Assembly: GCA_030141605.1 (NCBI GenBank)
Contig: JAQGDQ010002401.1
Coordinates: 30,958-88,488, forward strand
DNA from: Tubiluchus corallicola
Lineage: Eukaryota > Animalia > Priapulida
Reading direction: 5' to 3'
DNA length: 57,531 bases
Positions 52,529 to 57,531 of this stretch are shown here, one piece after another. The notes beneath the pieces were generated by a model, which saw only the letters and a list, made by a program, of their open reading frames with translations, was not told the origin of the DNA and ran no database searches. A program made the translations under genes and the position numbers. Each line of letters opens with the position of its first letter. Position 1 is the stretch's first letter.

Positions 52529-54077
52529 TTGATCCTCTTATTGATATAATATTGCATGGCGATGGAGATTATGTTGCTCACAAGCCAATACAGCACAAGA
52601 CCCGACGGGAAGTTCAAAAACATTACCGTAAAGACAACCGGTAGGAAAAGGAATATCTTCCTCTGCATAGGGTCTACATTCGCCATAGGAGTTATCCACT
52701 GTTGGAGAAACATGGTGGCTCCCATGACAACAGGAGTTATATAGAATGGATCCTTTGCAGAAAGGTCCGTAAGCCAAAATATGAAAGGGGCATTCTTCAA
52801 TTCAATGGACACCAATAAAGCCTTATACAAGGCAATAAATACGGGCAACTGCACCAATATGGGGAAACAGCCACTCATGGGATTTGCCTTGTGTTTCTTA
52901 TAAAGTTCCATAGTGGCGGCATTCATGGCTTGGGGATTGCCTTTATGCTTCTCCCGAAGCTTCTGAAATTCCGGCTGCAACACCTGTATCCTCTTCATCG
53001 ACTTCATCCCCTTCAATGTCAAAGGAAATGCTATAATTTTTACCAGTATAGTGAGCATGATGATCGCAACGCCGTAATTGCCCACCATCGAATAAAAGAT
53101 ATTCAACAGCTTATAAAGTGGTATAGAAAGGAAATAAAACCAGCCATAATCGATGCTTTTAGCCAATGCTCGGTCGTACTTGCCCAAATTGTCATAGGAT
53201 TTGTCACCTATGTACACACTGAAGGGCAGTGTGTATTTGCCCTCTCCCTCTATCGTCGCCTCAAGACCAATGCCTGCGACAACATCACCTTTGTACTGCT
53301 CCACGTAACCTTTTTGGAAACTATCGCCGTAAACAGCAAACAAAAAGTATTTGGCAGTGTAGCCCCCCATGACGGATTATCTAAAGAGTAAAGGGAGCTC
53401 TCTTTAACCTTACTCTCCTTTTTATAGACCCTCTTCTTTTCATTTGCGGTCATAGGCCCTTCGTAGGTGAAGTTCGACTCCTCAAAACCACTACCCAAGG
53501 AGGGACCAATGAGCATATCCACCGGAAGCTTTAAACCAGTACTTTGCTTATTATTTATGGTAATTTTGCCGTCTACCGATGCCGAACCTTCCTTCACGCT
53601 GTACTCTTTTGTGAGGATAATATCCTTGCCATCCACAACGCAACGGACATTCTGTTCATTACCGTCCACATAGCCACACTTGTAGCTTTCCGGCAAATCA
53701 AACTTAAGGCTTAGATAGTCGCTCCGCCCATCCTTGTTAAAGGTAGGATTCCCGCCCACAATGTAGCTACTGAAAACTTCTGCAGAGTGAATATTTCCGG
53801 TCATGGTATTGATGTTCACCTCAAAGAGGTCATTGGACATGACAAGCACTTTATCATCGGTGTAAATCGGAGAGCCAAAGCTTGCCAAGTCAGCATCAGA
53901 AGCCTCCAACGCTCCATCTATAACTATAACACTATTTATATCCTCGGAAAGACCGTTAACGCTCACACCATCAGTACCATCGATGTCTTCCTGTACTGTT
54001 GGAGAAAAGTACATGCCCCACAAAACAATAACCACCATACTGAGCACAACAGCGATAACCGTACGTTTATCCATCAT
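52525..54077 (-). CDS. yidC: Membrane protein insertase YidC, frameshifted in the C6 run at 53363-53368
   Basis: MDKRTVIAVVLS N-terminus; IDYGWF, GNYGVAII, NPMSGCFP and PSGLVLYW. One extra G restores WGGYTAKYF. Confidence 0.95.
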
Positions 54078-54315
54078 CTCTAATCCTTAAGTTTTTGTTA
54101 ACAGGGTCATAACCGCCATCTGAAAATGGGTTACACCTGATAAGCCGGTACATTCCTAAGAAAACACCGACGATTACACCTTTTTTTTCGATAGCTTCAA
54201 TCATGTAGGAAGAGCAAGAAGGGTAGTACTTACATCTATTCCCCAACAGCGGGGATACAACACGCTGATACATCTTTACGATGCCAATCAGAATGAACTT
54301 AATATTTAAAACCAT
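54067..54315 (-). CDS. yidD: Membrane protein insertion efficiency factor
   Basis: YQRVVSP...CKYYPSCSSY...RLIRCNPF...GGYDPV. Confidence 0.94.
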   Translation of the reverse strand: MVLNIKFILIGIVKMYQRVVSPLLGNRCKYYPSCSSYMIEAIEKKGVIVGVFLGMYRLIRCNPFSDGGYDPVNKNLRIRDDG

Positions 54316-54658
54316 CAAATATTCGGATAAAATCCTCTTCAAGTTCCGCATATGTCGCATACAAGGAGCTGCTCTTTGCACACACCAACACGTGTACATC
54401 TTCAGGCAACCTACATCTATTGTGACGATATATCTCCTTGAGTCTGCGCTTCACAAGATTTCTCCTAACGGCAGACTTGCTAACCTTTTTGCTTACGACG
54501 AAGCCCACCTTTCTTGACCTTTCATCGTCATCAAAAACGGAGTATACAAAAAAAAACCTGCCCGCTTTCTTCTTGCCTTTAAAAACCTTGGCAAACTCCC
54601 TTCTTTTCTTCAATCTTTCGGAAGAAGGGAACGTTCCCGTCACCAGAGAGTGCGCCAC
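54299..54658 (-). CDS. rnpA: Ribonuclease P protein component
   Basis: RLKKRREF and GFVVSKKVSKSAVRRNLVKRRLKE (RNR motif). Confidence 0.95.
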   Translation of the reverse strand: MAHSLVTGTFPSSERLKKRREFAKVFKGKKKAGRFFFVYSVFDDDERSRKVGFVVSKKVSKSAVRRNLVKRRLKEIYRHNRCRLPEDVHVLVCAKSSSLYATYAELEEDFIRIFDGFKY

Positions 54659-54663
54659 TAGTC

Positions 54664-54807
54664 TTACACCGCAAGTCGTTTACGACCTTTAGCTCTTCTT
54701 CTTCTTATGATATTTCTGCCACTACTAGTCGCCGTTCTTGCGCGGTAACCGTGGGTACGCTTCCGTTTCAAGTTACTGGGCTTGCGCATAGTTTGCCCTT
54801 GAGCCAT
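54664..54807 (-). CDS. rpmH: 50S ribosomal protein L34 (not in the ORF track)
   Basis: Translated by hand: [47 protein letters not shown]; AGGAGG RBS; directly upstream of rnpA. Confidence 0.96.
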   Translation of the reverse strand: MAQGQTMRKPSNLKRKRTHGYRARTATSSGRNIIRRRRAKGRKRLAV

Positions 54808-54848
54808 CGTTCCGAACCTCCTATCTTGAATAAAGTATCAGGTCGTTC

Positions 54849-54876
54849 ATTATATTTATAGCGCATACTTTGTCAA
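54849..54876 (-). promoter_or_regulatory. Sigma-70 promoter of the rpmH operon
   Basis: TTGACA-N16-TATAAT on the minus strand. Confidence 0.75.
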
Positions 54877-54944
54877 TATATAAAAAACGGGGAGTGATAA
54901 ATCACAAAAAACCACTGCTAAAGCTAAACTTCTCACAAAAAAGT

Positions 54945-55451
54945 CTAATCCACTTGCTCCAACCTATGGAATATATCGCCATGATCAAGCTCATCCATAA
55001 GCTCTGCAGAATAGTAAATATCTTGCACCACATTTGACGAATTTACAACAAGGGCAGCTCTGGTGAGCACATTCATCCCTTCTATCAAAAATCCCGTGTT
55101 CATGCCGTAATCGCGTCCTGAACAATCGCTTAGGACGATAAAGCGGCTGTTGTCCCTTTCAAATAGGGCTTGGATCTTTTCTGGCACGTCTGCGGTGATG
55201 TGTACCGCCATGGAATCTTCACTTAAGGCCGCTGCCATGGACTCAACATGCTTCAACTGTAGCGAACAGACCGGCGTATCCAAGAATGGAGAGCAGAAGA
55301 TCACCTTCTTTTTACCACGTAAGCTCCTCAAACTTACTTCATTGCGTGACTTATCCAACAATATCACATCGGGAATATCATCCCCAATATTGATGTCATT
55401 GCCTAGCAGAGTCACCTTACCACCCATCATAGTCACTACCCTATCGCCCAT
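54945..55451 (-). CDS. Thiol peroxidase (Tpx)-like redoxin
   Basis: VTMMGGKVTLLG, IGDDIPD, PFLDTPVC (peroxidatic Cys) and LTRAALVV motifs. Confidence 0.82.
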   Translation of the reverse strand: MGDRVVTMMGGKVTLLGNDINIGDDIPDVILLDKSRNEVSLRSLRGKKKVIFCSPFLDTPVCSLQLKHVESMAAALSEDSMAVHITADVPEKIQALFERDNSRFIVLSDCSGRDYGMNTGFLIEGMNVLTRAALVVNSSNVVQDIYYSAELMDELDHGDIFHRLEQVD

Positions 55452-55568
55452 CAAATGTCACTCCTTTATATACAAAAATATTAAAAACCAACTCTCGCAT
55501 TGTACAATAACCACAACGACTTCTGCAAATGAAATATTAATTCTTCCCACAAACCGGTAAATAAAATA

Positions 55569-55597
55569 TTGACATTGTGAAGTGATAGTCATATTAT
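55569..55597 (+). promoter_or_regulatory. Sigma-70 promoter of rplU-rpmA
   Basis: TTGACA-N17-TATTAT followed by a GGAGG RBS. Confidence 0.7.
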
Positions 55598-55629
55598 TTG
55601 TGTTCATCTTTTGCGGAGGACATAAACAA

Positions 55630-55944
55630 ATGGTTGCAGTATTAAAAACGGGTGGAAAGCAGTACACCGTACAAGAAGGCGACTTACTGAAAATTGAGAA
55701 GATTCCTGGAGAGGCGGGAAGTAGCCATAAATTTGACGACGTACTGTTTGTTGGTGATGATGAGCAGACCTTGATAGGCCAGCCCGTGTTGGAAGGAGCT
55801 CAAGTGGAAGCTGAGATAGTTGAGCACGGTAGACACAAAAAGATTATAATCTTCAAAAAGAGACGCCGTAAGGACTCTAAAACCTTCAAGGGTCATAGGC
55901 AACACTACACTTATGTGAAAATAACTAAGATAAAAGCGTCTTGA
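55630..55944 (+). CDS. rplU: 50S ribosomal protein L21
   Basis: MVAVLKTGGKQYTV...GHRQHYT. Confidence 0.97.
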   Translation: MVAVLKTGGKQYTVQEGDLLKIEKIPGEAGSSHKFDDVLFVGDDEQTLIGQPVLEGAQVEAEIVEHGRHKKIIIFKKRRRKDSKTFKGHRQHYTYVKITKIKAS

Positions 55945-55965
55945 TTTTAAAGGAGGACATATACA

Positions 55966-56223
55966 ATGGCTCATAAAAAGGCAGGCGGTAGTACTAGAAA
56001 TGGAAGAGACAGCACTAGTAAACGCCTAGGAGTAAAAAAATATGATGGTGAAAAAGTCCTCGGTGGAAATATCATCATACGTCAAAGGGGCACCCGTGTG
56101 AAGCCGGGCTGTAATGTTGGCTTGGGCAAGGATCATACACTTTACGCATTGGTTGATGGTGTTGTAAAGTTTGAGAAAAAGGGCAGCAAAGGGAAATTTG
56201 TTTCCGTTCATTCCCACGCTTGA
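55966..56223 (+). CDS. rpmA: 50S ribosomal protein L27
   Basis: [16 protein letters not shown]...IIRQRGT. Confidence 0.98.
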   Translation: MAHKKAGGSTRNGRDSTSKRLGVKKYDGEKVLGGNIIIRQRGTRVKPGCNVGLGKDHTLYALVDGVVKFEKKGSKGKFVSVHSHA

Positions 56224-56263
56224 AACTGTGCAAAGCTGTTTACAAGTTGTTTAAACAATTATC

Positions 56264-56300
56264 AAGGGAGAAATTTATTCGATTTCTCCCTTTATTTTTT
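56264..56300 (+). terminator. Intrinsic terminator between rpmA and obgE
   Basis: AAGGGAGAAAT...ATTTCTCCCTT 11-bp stem followed by TATTTTTT. Confidence 0.8.
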
Positions 56301-56311
56301 GATCAAAAATC

Positions 56312-57298
56312 GTGAAATTTATAGACATTGTTAAAATATCTTTACAGAGTGGACGAGGTGGTAACGGTTGCGTGAGTTTTCGTCGCGAGAAGTTTGTTCC
56401 AAGAGGAGGACCAGACGGCGGCAATGGCGGTAACGGTGGCAATATCGTTATCTTGGGCGAAAGCGGCAAGCACACGCTGTTTGACTTCAACTACAAGAGG
56501 ATTTTCCGAGCAGCTGACGGCGAAAACGGCAAGAGCAAAGGGATGCACGGCAAAGGTGGCACAGATACTATTTTGCATGTTCCCATGGGTACTCTAATTA
56601 AGGATGCGGAGATGGGCAACATCATCATGGACATCTCAGACGCCGATGCCAAGTTTGTCCTCAAAGGGGGACTGGGTGGTCGAGGCAACGCCTCATTTGC
56701 GACATCTTCCCAGAGGGCTCCTCATACGTATCAAAGTGGTCAAGTGGGGGAAGAACTCGAGATAGTGCTAGAGCTAAAGCTACTGGCAGATATCGGGGTC
56801 ATAGGCCTACCAAATGCAGGGAAATCAACATTCATCTCCACCGTATCCGCAGCAAAGCCCAAAATTGCGGACTACCCATTCACAACGCTTACCCCAAATC
56901 TCGGAGTTGTCAAAAATGACTACGGCGAGCCAATGGTAATAGCTGACATGCCGGGTCTAATAAAGGATGCGCACAAGGGAGCAGGTCTAGGTCATAGATT
57001 TCTGAAACATATCGAAAGGACAAAGCTGCTCATACATTTTGTGGATTCATCCCTCGATAGCGATATGTCGGCAAGATATAACACCATCAGAGAAGAGTTG
57101 CAGAACTATGCAAAGGGAGTAGCAGCAGATAAAAAAGAGATTGTTGTCGCCACAAAAGTAGATGCCGCCAATGTAAAAAGACTTGAAGAATTTGAACAAT
57201 TTCTCAATAATGACGGTATACAACTTTTTAGGATTTCATCTGCCGCAAATATCGGATTAAAGGAGATATTGGCGGAGATGTCGGAATTACTGAGTTAG
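56312..57298 (+). CDS. obgE: GTPase ObgE/CgtA
   Basis: FRREKFVPRGGPDGG, GLPNAGKST, YPFTTLTPNLG, DMPG and TKVD motifs. Confidence 0.97.
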   Translation: MKFIDIVKISLQSGRGGNGCVSFRREKFVPRGGPDGGNGGNGGNIVILGESGKHTLFDFNYKRIFRAADGENGKSKGMHGKGGTDTILHVPMGTLIKDAEMGNIIMDISDADAKFVLKGGLGGRGNASFATSSQRAPHTYQSGQVGEELEIVLELKLLADIGVIGLPNAGKSTFISTVSAAKPKIADYPFTTLTPNLGVVKNDYGEPMVIADMPGLIKDAHKGAGLGHRFLKHIERTKLLIHFVDSSLDSDMSARYNTIREELQNYAKGVAADKKEIVVATKVDAANVKRLEEFEQFLNNDGIQLFRISSAANIGLKEILAEMSELLS

Positions 57299-57313
57299 GC
57301 GACGAAGCAAGTT

Positions 57314-57531
57314 ATGGAAAAGCTCGAAAACTACATAAACTCCCACGCGGGACGCAATCTGAAACAGCTGTTTCATCTCGTACACATTTGGAACAGAGCT
57401 GTCGGGCAAAATATTGCTGAAAACTCCCGCCCCATTCATCTTAAGGGAGGGGTAATGTCGGTTACTGTCTGCTCATCCATGTGGCTGCAAGAGCTGACAT
57501 TGATGAAGCCGGCGCTGCTGTCAAAGATACA
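57314..57531 (+). CDS. DUF721/DciA family protein, 3' truncated by the window edge
   Basis: Translated by hand: MEKLENYI...HIWNRAVGQNIAENSRPIHLKGGVMSVTVCSSMWLQELTLMKPALLSKI, matching the DUF721 W-x3-VG...A...P...W-x-QEL pattern. Confidence 0.8.
   Translation, partial: MEKLENYINSHAGRNLKQLFHLVHIWNRAVGQNIAENSRPIHLKGGVMSVTVCSSMWLQELTLMKPALLSKI

Noticed and set aside
53363-53368. Phase variation or programmed frameshifting at homopolymers in yidC and the glycosyltransferases
   Set aside because: The runs are short (3-6 nt), unrelated and essential genes are affected alike, and sequencing error is more parsimonious.
54808-55629. Replication origin next to rpmH
   Set aside because: No dnaA and no TTATCCACA cluster; near-matches at about 23799, 37938, 52168 and 52693 are isolated and mostly inside genes.
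33154-57531. Prophage or integrative element at tRNA-Val
   Set aside because: No integrase, transposase, phage genes or duplicated tRNA 3' end were seen.

Overview
Bacterial chromosomal window of moderate GC; gene content suggests an anaerobic or microaerophilic Gram-negative, possibly Deferribacterota-like (weak inference). In order it holds: a large NAD-glutamate dehydrogenase; a TRAP transporter + HAD phosphatase operon divergent from a Na/Pi transporter + glycerophosphodiesterase; ferredoxin-iscS-nth-lrp-GT2-mltD; a PAS sigma-54 activator; two orphan genes; a dGTPase; two tandem repeat lipoproteins (one with RCC1 repeats); a Hyd-2-type [NiFe] hydrogenase operon; and tRNA-Val(GAC). After the tRNA come a self-contained sigma-54-controlled module (sensor kinase, response regulator, AtuA-like enzyme, DUF4387, Na:solute symporter, orphan DctM-like permease + small membrane protein), a GT2/LAB_N/ArnT lipid A modification trio, creatininase-family and aldo-keto reductase genes, kdsA/kdsD, GT4 and ugd, then rpmH-rnpA-yidD-yidC-jag and rplU-rpmA-obgE-DUF721. 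At least nine genes, including essential yidC, carry small indel frameshifts, several in homopolymers, most likely assembly errors. No CRISPR, integrase, transposase or phage structural genes were seen. The best candidate for an undescribed system is the AtuA/DUF4387 module with its perfect sigma-54 promoter and palindromic activator site. All calls come from reading motifs; no searches were run.
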